A stretch of 64,000 nt of DNA from Glycera tridactyla (lineage: Eukaryota). Position numbers and translations under genes: made by a program. Below, in pieces: positions 12,775 to 26,574 of the stretch. Numbering within the stretch: position 1 is the stretch's first letter; every line of letters starts with the position of its first letter. The notes below the pieces were generated by a model. It was not told the DNA's origin, did no database searches, and was given only the letters and a program-made list of their open reading frames with translations. The DNA lies in contig OZ286473.1 of NCBI GenBank assembly GCA_965644265.1, positions 81,592,001 to 81,656,000 of the forward strand. The letters run 5' to 3'.

Positions 12775-15700
12775 TACNNNNNNNNNNNNNNNNNNNNNNN
12801 NNNNNNNNNNNNNNNNNNNNNNNNNNNNNNNNNNNNNNNNNNNNNNNNNNNNNNNNNNNNNNNNNNNNNNNNNNNNNNNNNNNNNNNNNNNNNNNNNNNN
12901 NNNNNNNNNNNNNNNNNNNNNNNNNNNNNNNNNNNNNATATAGCGTAGGATTCAGAGTCGGAGAAGGAGAGAGATACGAGCCCAGAAAGAAACAGAGACA
13001 GACATCATCCGAGACATTTCGAAAACATCGTATATGGCACAGAAATGATATCGAAGCAAACTATATATGGGGGAGTTTTATCACCATGGAGTGCTGGAGC
13101 AGAAACAGGTTGTCATCGCTGCCCATGTGTGAATGTGTGCAGAGAATGTGCTCATATGTGTGAATTAAGTGAGATGATTCTCAGCACATTATAAGTAGAA
13201 AGATGGATAATAGATACATAGAGACATAGATGGTTAGAGACATAAATAGATATAGACATAGAAAGACAGATAGATGGTTAAAGATGTAGACAAAGAAGGT
13301 CATCTAGAGTGATAGAGATGGAGAGATTGGCTGATAGAGGGATAGNNNNNNNNNNNNNNNNNNNNNNNNNNNNNNNNNNNNNNNNNNNNNNNNNNNNNNN
13401 NNNNNNNNNNNNNNNNNNNNNNNNNNNNNNNNNNNNNNNNNNNNNNNNNNNNNNNNNNNNNNNNNNNNNNNNNNNNNNNNNNNNNNNNNNNNNNNNNNNN
13501 NNNNNNNNNNNNNNNNNNNNNNNNNNNNNNNNNNNNNNNNNNNNNNNNNNNNNNNNNNNNNNNNNNNNNNNNNNNNNNNNNNNNNNNNNNNNNNNNNNNN
13601 NNNNNNNNNNNNNNNNNNNNNNNNNNNNNNNNNNNNNNNNNNNNNNNNNNNNNNNNNNNNNNNNNNNNNNNNNNNNNNNNNNNNNNNNNNNNNNNNNNNN
13701 NNNNNNNNNNNNNNNNNNAAGAGACAGAGAGCCATGTCCACCCCACTATTGTATCATTGTTTTTCGTCATGTTAGTTATGTCATGTCTATTAAACATAAA
13801 CCAATGCATGCTAGTTGGTGACTGTATCTGTTTTTCTGATCATACACCTGAAGCTGTTAGCTTCTTCCAGATATACACTTTCTGGCCTTGGGTGTAATTA
13901 GATGTAACATTCTGAGATTGAAGAAATACCATATTCATTTTTCAAGAACATATTCACTGATTTATGTTTGCTATGTTGCACTTTCAATTACATTACATTG
14001 TTATTCTATTCCCTCACACTGTCACTTGTTTGCTAAAAATATGTATGTCATGCCTTAACATGTCTATTCGAACAAACAAGATATTTTATTTGGAATGTAA
14101 TGGGAATTGATTCGGTCACTGGCGTTTAATTATTCTCAATTGGATTCTTGTTGGTACAGTTTGTAAGATAAGTACAGTATATTTCATCGATCACCTCCTG
14201 TAACAGTAGTAAACAACTGACACTTTTTAATGAGAAACTTTAACAAAATAATCAATTGTTTTTTAAATGATTCAACAAGATACTAATCAAACATTTTATC
14301 TCGAAATTGTTGGCGCTAATTGTGAAAATGTCGTGAAAGTGGAATATAACTGAGCTCACCAGTCTCCCTCCATCAAGATCATTCTGTTATGAAACCGAAT
14401 GTGAATTTTCATCTATTATTTTCATGTTTCGAATCATTTTATAAAGTATTGCTCTGGATAACATGGATAATCAATGACGACTTTGCGTGGCTTTGAACAT
14501 TTAGAAGCCATGGTGGAGGCAAGTTTGGAGAAGAATTCTATTTTGGAGGTCATATCTCGTTGGAAGGTTTATGAATAAGAAATAGGTTTCTCCAAAGAAT
14601 TGTTCACTAATTCTTCTCTCAAATCACCCACTCCTCTGATATCATCACAATTCCTGTGGGAGATTCCAACCAGTCCAGTTATTGAGCGAATGTATAGACC
14701 GTTAGCCATACCCAAATAACGGTAGAATTCTGTTAAACTAGCCTTACATTCTACGAATTGATGAGCGATGGAGTAAAACATAAGTTAAAATTACTGTACT
14801 GTACGATGCGGTGAGAAACACCATGATTTACTCCGTACAAGGAGGACATAAACAAGTTTATAATACAGCTAAATTAACAACGATTTCTCAGACTCAACCA
14901 TAACACCTTTACTCTGAAGGATTCATGATGATCTATTCATGCATGTCTGTTTACATATATACAATTTTTGATTGTTATTACAACTGTTGTGTCTCAGTCA
15001 GTCAGGTAATCAGCCTCCCTGTATGTATGTATTTGTGAGTTCCTTTTGTGTTTGTGTGTGCATGCGCGTGTGTGTACGTGTGCATGTGAACGTGTGTGTG
15101 CCTTTGGGTGTGGGTATGTCCCAACCGCATAGATTCTAACGCATTGCAGAATCTTTTTCAGTGTAGAGAAGTATATATTCTAGTATGTACATGCGATTGT
15201 GTGTCTTTTTGTATATCTTAATATGTAGTTGTGTATGTGTTCTCTGGCATGTGGGTATACTCAAACATGGATTTTGCTGAGATATGTCTTGATAGTTCCC
15301 TCATACAAACAGGAAGAAGCATCGAGAATGATCTTCCGACCATACTATGAATACAAGACAGTGTTGTACGAAGTTTCATGTGTGTCACAAACCATTTAAC
15401 ATTATTCAACACTGCACATTGCTAGGCATACCACGAATCGATAAGGCATTAAGTGACTGAATATCATCAATCTCAACAACTACACCATCTCCATCAATGC
15501 AAATAAATAGGCTGAGCACGACCAAACCGATTTTGTGATGCACCGATCAATTACAATGGAATTCATGACGAGAGTATCGAAAACCTCCATGGAAAAACAT
15601 ACAACAATAATAACATATCTGTGATAGACATGGCTGCGTTTGGCCTGCGTGCACGCATGAAGAATGTACTGAGATGCTGGTGTATTCTTTAGCAATTGGG

Positions 15701-18700
15701 TGGTATTTCCCCTAATGCTTGAAGTGAAACGGGAGGCGTATTTAGAGAGTGGTGGAATCAGGTATGGTGGCGGTAACTGGTGATGCAACAGGCGCGGGTT
15801 GTTGAAAATTAGACGCCGTTCCGCATGGTAATGTGTGACGATATTTCGCCACGTACCCGATACCACCAATCTCGTTCTACCTCCTGCACCGTTCAAGCAA
15901 TCGGTGAAATACAATCAGTCGACTGAAATTCTTGAAAATTCTTGAAAATACACAAACCAATATGTGTCGACAATTGAGGCATCCACTTCAATCAATTTCA
16001 AGCTTTGTGTTGATCGTATGATCCAGGCCTGGAGACAGACATAGTATATACAAAATAGACCCAAAGCTGAGGTGCTTGAAATCATCCAGCTAATTTTGAT
16101 TTTGTTTGTGGCTTTCGTTGAAATTGATCCTCTTATAATGAAACCTACATCGAGTTTGTGTGATATTTTGATTCAGTAAGGGTCGCATTTCAATTATTAT
16201 CACCACCTCCTAGTCTATACAGTGATATCTAATGACAAAAGCTCCTAACAACCAACAGCAGTTCATTGTTTAAATCTCCTCTCCCCCACAAATAGTAGTT
16301 CACATCATTGGATGAATGATTGGATGGATGAATGAGAACAAGCTAGATGATTAGATGAGAATTGTAGCCGATACTATTCCACGGAACTAGACGGAAACGC
16401 GGAATGCGGGCAAAACAAGTAAATCGACACAGAGCGAACCGCGCAAGACATGTCTGTTTCATGGCAAATACCCCCACTGTTATTGTCCAACTCCTCATTG
16501 TTGTGCCATCTACCAGTCCCCAACCTAAGTCACTTCCCTTCAAAGTTCCGTGAAATAGTAAAGGCTATGTGTACATAAAAACACAAATCCCAGCCAATGC
16601 TCGCCCACTTGAGAATTTAGATAACATTATATTTCATCATTACCTGACCTCGACGAGATTGTAACAGAATATTCACTCTTTTTCATCTCAAAATAATCAG
16701 GTCACCCCTGTATTTGAATGACTGAGATGGACCCGATGCAGTCAACGTTTGTTCACATACCCACTGTGATGAGGTCTTCACATATAAAAGTTAGATAATT
16801 GATAACTGGAGGCCATAATTGTGAGGGTCAGGTAGATTTGTCCTAGTTCACTGCGGGCAAATTATGAGTGCGGTGCCCCATTTTTGAGTGACAAAGAGGC
16901 AATTGGCTTCTCCCCAAATTAAACACCTTCCTCCATTCTGTATTCATTATCTGAAACGATTGTCCCCTTTTCTACCGTATCAGATAATAAAACACATTTC
17001 ACAACTCATGAGTAATCATTACCACCTCTACCTACTTATATATCATATCAAGTCACCCCAACTTGAAGGTCACTACAACACTGACCTTGAACCAAGGTTG
17101 GTTACATCAAAAATACATAACAATAACCGACAGTGAAGTCCACGTAAGCACGTTTGTGGTATCTGTAGACAGTAATATAAACGCATAGAAACGCTGCCAC
17201 TCGATAGGCGACTGCAGCAGCATTCTTGTATGGAATATGTATAGGCGAACACCGAAGCACATGGACTCATAGGGATAGCATCATTGATAACTTACATCAA
17301 ATTACATTACAAGTAATATATAAATCATCTTTTTCTGCAGGTTTGCTGAGATGTCTTATCGCCACAGTTGACCCATCACACTGCTCCAAATTCATGATTA
17401 CAGTCAAAATCTCCTTACATTCGAATTTGGTCGAATCTCTGTGGGATATCGAAGAGGTTTTCTCAAGCCATGAATAGACACTGACCAAGGGTATCATTGA
17501 AATATAAAAGTCATGTAACCTAATGCCCATGATTATAGTTCTTGCTATTTTTCTTATAGAAAATGCAACTTTGAAAATTCAAAATGACCCAAAGGTGGTG
17601 AGCATGTAGAAATGATGATTGAGCAACAAAACTTGCTTGCATATCAATGGTGAGAATGTTCAACTATGAGTTTCAGATACACTAACACTAACAAGTGTGA
17701 CTTATACAGACTTCACAGTGTTTTGCTGTTGGTTGATGTAGGAGGTGATATTCGAATGCTTTCTATAATTAAGATTGTAAGTTTTGATCGATGACGGACA
17801 TGGAGCAGTGTCCTAGGTGTGACAAAGACAATTATGTGAAAGATGGCTCAAACCCAGTACAGAAGATATGTAAATCCTCATGTCATCCTTGGAATTAGTG
17901 TATGCATGTATTCATATAACAAACATTGCCTCATAAATGCAGTATGAACCCTGGTCCAAAAAGTCCAACGACAACAAAAATACTATTGCTGAAGCGATCA
18001 AGCAAACAATCCTGATCACACCCAGTTAGAGAGGTGCATTCCTCATAATTCAATTTTGAATTGAGATTGGGAAATCAAGCTTGAATCAATTTTGGCTGTG
18101 AAATGTATATCAGTCATGTATTTCAGGTGATTTATATATGAATTCTTGCTCCATATTTAATGCACTTCACTGTTATACAGGTGACCATTTTTTTAATCGA
18201 GGCATGCAGATTATCACTCGAACTGCACTTCATTCTGTGCCACTAAAGTCTATACTTGAATGGATGAATCAGATATCATACAGAGACCAATGATGGTAGA
18301 TAATATATACCCTCCAGCATAACCCAAACTATGAATTTTTAAAGAAAGTAAAGTGATGATCATATACACTATCTAAAATGAGCCACATGAATACACCACA
18401 TGAGGCAAATAATGTTTTCAAAATCATATTCTGCACTGAATAAGTTTGAGCCATCTTTTCAACAATAACTAGGTAGTAGGAAAGGACAGATATATATGTA
18501 CGAATCACTTCTCATATGTCCTATCCCATGTATTCCATAGACACTCACAGCACATAATGTATTTCAGACAATATTATTCACCACTGGCTTGTCTTTGAAA
18601 TAAACACACTCCTCTCTTCTCAAAATTTCCTGCTTTCAAATTTCTAGAACCATGATATATATGGGTGGAGATCATCCTATAGTATGTGATCACCCAACAA

Positions 18701-21700
18701 TTTTATATCTCGGCAGTGAGTTCTAATCATCCACAAAGTGATAAGTGGCTAGGATGTGATTCTATCATATGAAATAGAATTTCATCCCAATTTGAGCTCA
18801 CTGAATCCCTTTCTGGAAAGTTTGGAAATAGCCTCATGTAATCGAAGTACAAATTCACAGGTGGAATACCGATGTTATCGAACAAGCAAGTGATGACTAA
18901 TACGAAATCCCAATCATCTCAACAATCTGGACTTCAATTCAGCAGTGTATAGAATGAGAGATAGATGATGGATAACGTGATGATTGGATGAGAAAGCGCA
19001 ACAAATCACATATACAAACAAACACGTGCACACATCCACAGTCGATTCAGAACCTGACAGAAGACTGCACTTGTCATCCCACACCATTTCTGATATTACG
19101 GGTGAACTCACTCGTGCCAATTAGTAGGCTCATAATCACTTGTCGGCAAGACTAGGAACAGGTTGCAATTGTAAATGATACACATGGTGGCAGATTAGAT
19201 GACTCATAGTTTGAACAATGCTAGTTGATCAGATGATAATCCCATTTTGGTACTCAATCAATTTGTCTATACATCCTGTGAATATCAAAGGAATTCACCA
19301 GCAATGGAGCAAAGCAGATGTAAGTTTGATGTTTCCTGAAAGTGTAGATGTTGGTAGAAATCAAGAAGCGCTGGCATATCACCTTGTCGCATCCCAGTAC
19401 ACCACTTACTATCGCATCCTGTTTGAGAGCACCTTATCTGATGACGGTTCTTACGCCTAGCTGTTGGCAATACTTATAAAATATACATGGCCTCATTTTG
19501 GCAAAAATCTCATGCTGGATGAGATACATCAATTTGAGTCATTGTGGCTAAAACTTTGCCATTAGAGCTGTGGCCTATCAATAAACGGTTGAGTCTTGAC
19601 CGAAAGCCCACATCAAACATTTTGTGATATGATCATTCACATGAATAACAATCCTCCACTGTCATTCCAACGATACAAAATACTTTCTGAGTGAGTTGAT
19701 ATATCCAACTGTCAGATCTATCAATTATGTGCATGGACTGATTGAAAACCTCAAAGATTTCATGCCATGACCAATGTGTCCATTCAAACAAATTGATCAT
19801 CATAACAGCAGTCTATGAGTAGAATCTCTCCTCAGGGCTGGGCCATCCTGATTTTCCTGACACAAATCTCTGAATCTGGCACAAATGTGACATAAAACAA
19901 GACACCACTTCCAATAAAACAAGTTGTGTGTTGTCGCAACATACACCCTTTACGTTCCACAATGAATATTAAGTGTTGCTCTCCAGTGTTTCTATTTACA
20001 CGCGAAAAATTGTCATCTCCCTTCGGTCGCCTTTCCGACTTTCATGGAAGCTACTGGAATACATGTCTTTACTGGGACAAGGCAGGTATATTTCGGGGCA
20101 AGATTTGCGCTGAGAACTGTGTGTTCTATTCAGTACTCATTGAGGGATACGGTTTTCGAGGATGAAAACCATGTGTGTTTTTGACGAGAAGCAGAAAATG
20201 GGATAATTACCATGGAAAGAATAACTACATGTCTAGGAGTACCACAAGGCTCACACAGTCACCGAATTTACAATATCTTGTGATTATACTTGAACATACA
20301 CCTGGAATGTACAGTGACTGCTCTGAAGGGGTACTGATCGGGAGGGTTCCTCTATCTTGGGCAAGAAACGGAGTAAAACTATTCATGTGAGAATATATGA
20401 GAATTTTGATTTGATTCTTGCAGTGACCTAGGACAGAAACTTCTTCAAACATTACGCTCAAGGAGAATATGGATGATTCCTTGATTTTCACCGGCATGTA
20501 ATGTCTTTTATGTGCAATTTTTTTTGAAATGAAATTGAAAGAGCTACCATCTTGGGTAGAATGGTTATTTCAAAGTCAGCTGAAATTCAATGTTTTGTGT
20601 TATTTGGATTTCGAGTCACTGCCAAAAGTAGCAGTGACCAAGAAGTTGGTCTTCAAGATCAAACTCCAAGAAATGGAATGCAAATGGATGAAAACCCTGA
20701 TGCGAAAGGCGACCTGATACCTCTTTCGATTGTATAAATTCGATAGAGGAGTATATAAGCATAATTCCATGCCTATAATTAGGTGACCCCCCTCCCAGGA
20801 AGCTTCCTGTCAAATGATAATCATAAAGTCTTTCATGTACAGACCTGACGCGCATGCATCCCGATATCCCACTGCAATCTGTAATTTGGTTCGAGATGAA
20901 CTCATCGACCTGCTTTGTCAACGTATGCGGCGATTAGAAATGAGATCTCGGCGAGGTTTGATTGTATATTTCACCTCCACCACGTGTGTCGATTCGACGC
21001 GGTGTTTATTGCGCTGGCGGCGGCCGTATCGCTATGGATTCACGTGCTCACCAGGGAGACGGTAGATTAGACGAGCAAACGTTACAAATTGGCGGCCAAT
21101 CTTCATCTAACGTACGTACACACTAGCAAACCGTGTTCGACTATCGGTGTAAGCTCTGTAGAAGCGAGGATCGAATGGATAAGGTGAGATATAATTGCGA
21201 TAGCGTGATAGACCTATCGGGCATGTCCAGATTTGATAGTTTGTGCACCTCGGGTCAGGCATGTTAATTTCAGTGACCCCATTTTTCGGCGGGGTGAACC
21301 AGTCGCCTGACAACCGCCGCGCGCAACTGATCCCTGACAATACACAGAGAATCACGTTGACAAACAAACACAAACAAACCGGTGAAAACAGTAGGTCTCA
21401 GCAGCAATGGATGACAGTTGACCACACACAAAATACTACTCACAAACACACTTGGCGTCGACGGCGATCAGGATTGTATACCACAGATGTGTTACTTACA
21501 GTGGATGATAAGGTTCTTACCGATTACTTATCTCCAACACCCTGGGAAAGTATCTTCACTACGAGCAGAATTCGTGGTATTGAAGTAAGAAACCATGCCA
21601 GTGAAATATGCAGAATGCACCCTACTTACCTCAGGATTTCAATCGGCTTTCTTGCTTGTGGAATTCCACACAATTGATTGGTTGGTTGCTCAACGTTTTG

Positions 21701-23825
21701 CAAACACCAATCATTCAATTGTATGGATTTTCTCAAGAATGAAAGCCAAGTGAAACGCATCCAAATTTGATATATGATGTATATTACATTGGCATGGATT
21801 TTTACTGGAATACAAGACAAGCAGCAGTAGTAGAGCCAGCCTCGCTTTGTGGACTGTTGCCCAGGTATAATTTTCTTACTGATTCCCACCAGAGGAGATC
21901 CTCACAGTTTCAAATTTCATCCCACCATTCCCTCTTCCCCAAATTGAAGCACATTGAATTAGTCCCCCACCCTGAGCCCACCCACTGGATCCATTGTGCA
22001 GGCCATAAATGGAAACAGATGGTTTCTGCACATTGCTAAATTAGAAACTATTGCATTCAATGCTGTCCCCCAGTTTCACTATCATTCAAGTGTAATCAGT
22101 TTGGGATTGGTGTCCTCGATTGCTTTGGTACAGCTTCAGCAACTGTGGCTATCAACTCCAATTTGAATTCACTTGAACATGATGCGAAATCGGCCAATTC
22201 TAGCTTCACTGAGTTTGTTCCAGCAGCTGTGATTATCTGCAAAAACGACATAACCGCGAGCACCTATTCCTGATTAGACTACAGAAATACTCTGAGGATA
22301 CCGGCTTACTCCTACTGGGAATGCTGCTACAAAGTGCATGCCTCATATCTTCGAAAACCCGCCAAATGTCATTTACTGTGACAGATCCCATCAGGTGAAC
22401 ACCAGCAAGATTCCTAGAAATCCCAGCATCACATTATTCAATCTCATGAGTGTAGTTTTTCCTGATGTTTCAATAATGCTGATTCAGGGATGACTATTAG
22501 TATATTGGGCACGCGGGACATTGAAATGGATGTTTCACCCTCTTAATCATAGCCATGGATTTTTGTACGCAATAAAAATGTTGATCGTGGGCCAGTACTT
22601 GGCTTACAACATGTTTTTGTTGTTCAAAACTGGCTCAATGCCACATGCAGGCCGTGGACCAAAAATACAACATCGTTGCCAAATCAGATCATGTGAAAAC
22701 CGTCATGTTGCGTGATGGAGAAGAAGGATACCACTTTCACTGACCCATCGCTGATTTAACTATTATCTGATTATTCAGGCAGGGTATCCATATTTCACGA
22801 TCTGTGATGATGGAAGGAAAAATATATAGAGTGCATATATAACCCTATTTTATCTGTTATATGATAGCTGGAGGAAAGAATGATGAAACAAGCGACACAC
22901 TAAGTGACTCCAAATGTGCCCTGATATCAGTAATAATCATTTTNNNNNNNNNNNNNNNNNNNNNNNNNNNNNNNNNNNNNNNNNNNNNNNNNNNNNNNNN
23001 NNNNNNNNNNNNNNNNNNNNNNNNNNNNNNNNNNNNNNNNNNNNNNNNNNNNNNNNNNNNNNNNNNNNNNNNNNNNNNNNNNNNNNNNNNNNNNNNNNNN
23101 NNNNNNNNNNNNGCGATGATTGAAATGATTCGATTACCATTATTATAATCAGAATTAAGTTTAATTAGTTTTGATATCATCATTATCATCATCATCATGA
23201 TTATCATTATTATCATCAATTATCATCATTAGTATTATTAACATTATTTTTGAGCTATGATTTAACAATTTCGAGGACATGTGATGATGGGATTTCGGAG
23301 AAAGCAACTTGTCACTTCTGGCATATGGCGCAAATGCGACTCTGATATATGTTTGTAGCGCCGTCGATTGTGAGATCATAGCAAAACTCTACCAACAATA
23401 TATATTCGCCCGGTATGGCATCTTGGAATAGGATGATCATCTGGAAGCCCACAGCAGCAGCAATGTGTTTCCATAGCTACGTCAGTATTCAGCGATCACG
23501 TGGAATCGTCATGTCAATATACCATATGATGTCACCCAGTCAGTGACGTCACCGTCATCACGAGTGACGCTGTTGCGTCACTGTGATATATGTGTTCAGT
23601 TTGCATTATCAGAAACATCATCAAAATATATCCATCAATGTGAACGTAGTGAAAGCCTCTTGTGATGTTTTCTTTGTAAGAAAATATCCACGGCCTGTGT
23701 GGCGTTAGAAAATATGTCGTGGCAATGATCCAGTGTCAAGAGAGCAAATTCTCAACCACTTTGTGGTGCAACTTAGCACGCGCATTCTGTTGCATCCATT
23801 TTGCAAACGTCAGCAGCACTTGCAG

Positions 23826-24017
23826 TTATCCTTCCCCAGGCGCCGAGGGGAGTGTGTAGAAAACCCAATAGACAACCTTGAAGATGAGAAAGGCAAGTGG
23901 GAATCCCTTGCGGGCGAATTTGTCTACAATTTCAGCTTTATGCTTTCCCTGCGGGTCGACAATCTTTGGTGGTTTCTTACTGCGATGAGCTGATGCCCCA
24001 TTGTCTACAACGTTTAA
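23826..24017 (-). CDS. Alternative terminal exon G (distal loop + M4 + C-tail)
   Basis: Acceptor caattctattgcag, phase 0. LNVVDNGASAHRSKKPPKIVDPQGKHKAEIVDKFARKGFPLAFLIFKVVYWVFYTLPSAPGEG*. Confidence 0.92.
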   Translation of the reverse strand, partial: LNVVDNGASAHRSKKPPKIVDPQGKHKAEIVDKFARKGFPLAFLIFKVVYWVFYTLPSAPGEG

Positions 24018-26397
24018 CTGCAATAGAATTGATGCCAATTGGTGATTACAAGCAGGTAGTCTCCCAATGTCACCACAACATCGCAATGACTTTTTTGGGC
24101 ATCCCAGCACTACCAAATGCAGTGACGCAATTAAAGTTCACCAAGGTCACGCATGTTACATACACAAGGAGAAAGAGGCGTCGAGTTATCAATAAAGACC
24201 AGAGTGAAATCGGTGTTAGTGTTACATGCCAGAGTGATGTAGAAACAACAGGTGAGCCATGATACATGAAGATATATATATATGCCTGTTGTCATAGCAA
24301 TTGCATCACATCATATCAATATTCAAGCATATTTCCCGTGTACAATCTCGCATACGCGCTCGCTGTCACCTGATGTGAGCGCCGATGAATTTATGCAGCG
24401 CCATCTCTCGTCGAAGCAGCAAACTATCCAGTAGAAAGGCGTAGAGCGACATCTAGAAGAGAGCGCCATGCGCAGATCAGATGGTTACTACCTACTACAG
24501 GACACGCATGCGCACTGTTGTCTTCGCTCATCTTGCGGGCGTCTTCCTTGCAGGGGCGGCAATCCTTGGTGAGCAGGAAACTTGAAGATGTTAACTGGTG
24601 TTACCATGGTCATTCAAGAGACCATGTCGAAAGGACACACTGTGGTGAAGTCACTACTCTAGCATGCTCTCATTTAGCCTATATTGACATACACTACAGC
24701 GCAGTAGCAGGTGCTAAGATGACACACAATCCAACTGATCACGTGATCAATATACCCCATATGTAGTCAGGTAATTGATATCAACGATACAAACACACCA
24801 CGCTCATGGTTATGACTCAAATAAAGTGACAATCTTCCAATTTACTTAACTGAATGCATACTAATACACTATTGGGTGAGTTGAGGTGTGGTTCTTGACC
24901 ATTTTAAGCCCCGTTAGTAGGCACTGCCTGACACGATATATGTGTGACCAAAACTGCAGTGTTAGGTAAATCTTGAGCAAAGCATTCAGTATGCAGTTTC
25001 AGTAATGTACCAGACACACAGTAAAATAGAATCTCTGCCGTTTAACACTTTCTGTCGAAAAAGTTGAGTTTATGAGAAGGTAGGAATTGATTGGCGACTT
25101 ATTCTGTCACTATGAAGAGATTCATACCCTTCCTGGGTTGATGGCTTCAAACAAAACAATGGCAATTGTACATGTAAGCTTTGTACCGAAGACAGATTTA
25201 AGATGTGTCAAATCCAATTATGTTTGTGGAGAGGTATCCCTGCGCTTTATCCCCATGCTGCAGATACAAGTGTAAATCATCACAGAAACCCTGAATATCA
25301 TTTTTACCATAATTTACTCAAAATCTTTCTTCTTTCCGTTTTAGTAATTAATAAGAAGTGGCTCTCGATCAATCAAATGAACTATGTCTTGGAGTCTTAT
25401 GCCACTACATTAAATCAAAATCTGTGGTGGTGCGGAATTATTTCCAAGCAATTTTTTTTGAAAATAATATTTGATTAAAAATTTCACTGTTTCTGTGATA
25501 TATATCACCTCTGAATACATCTGATAGAGTGCAGGGAAACATACTGATCTAATGAAATGTAGTTGGGAAAGCAATATTCCATGAAGCTAATGAAATAGGT
25601 TGTTTGATCTTGTTTGACCTGCTTTGATGTAATTCAGAATACATATTGTATGCAAGCAAATCAATGCATCAATACTGTTAGACACATATTTTTCATCTTT
25701 CAGTTGTATTTTTGCCATGAATTGATCATATCAGATAGCCCAAAAGCACCAGCAATCCCAATTTCAAGCCACGCCCATGCCTACCGATTACTATCTATCC
25801 CCACCAGATTGTGTAAGGATCTTTAACGTATCACCCATATACCTGTCTCATTCTAACAGTCACAAATCAGACAGGAGCTGTGTCAGAGATCAGCTTGATT
25901 TGGCATTGTGCGATAGACACTCAGTTTGTTTTACTTTTGACGCCTGTACCCAGCAAAGGTTCTCATTTATTCATGAAGATTGAGTGTGACCTCTGACTCA
26001 TACAATGGATGCTCAGGTGAGTGAGAAAGATATCTCCGCAGCGCGCAGTCGTCATTGTCCATATTGTACTCCCTTCGCAATGTCCAGTGGTTATTGGATC
26101 TCCAGCCTGAATCTTGTTGGAGATTCGCGCAATGTCAGTGTCAGTTCATTCAAAAGGTTTATCTCTGTACAGATTTATAAAATATTCCACTCCCAAGTAG
26201 CAACAGGCACGGTGACAGACATATGTATATATATATATTGACGCCACGCTACACTTCACAATGGACATTTAGAGGCTGTTATGAGTGTCCGTCCAGTCAA
26301 GCCTGTATAAATGTATGCTTATGAACACATCGGTCATCTCTCATCTTGTACCAGTTACAAATATATGTCTATTCCCCTAAGTTGTACAACAACCAGG

Positions 26398-26574
26398 TCA
26401 GTGATCACCACTTGGAACTGTATAGTATATCCAATAGACCACTTTAAAGATAAGGAAAGCAAGTGGAAAAGCCTTCCGGGAAAATTTATCAACTTGCTCT
26501 GCTTTATGCTTCCCAGCCGGATCGACCACTTTGGGTGCTTCTCTATTCCGTGTAGTGGCATTGTTTAAGTTCAT
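26398..26574 (-). CDS. Alternative terminal exon F (distal loop + M4 + C-tail)
   Basis: Acceptor ctctactttgttgcag, phase 0. MNLNNATTRNREAPKVVDPAGKHKAEQVDKFSRKAFPLAFLIFKVVYWIYYTVPSGDH*. Confidence 0.92.
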   Translation of the reverse strand: MNLNNATTRNREAPKVVDPAGKHKAEQVDKFSRKAFPLAFLIFKVVYWIYYTVPSGDH

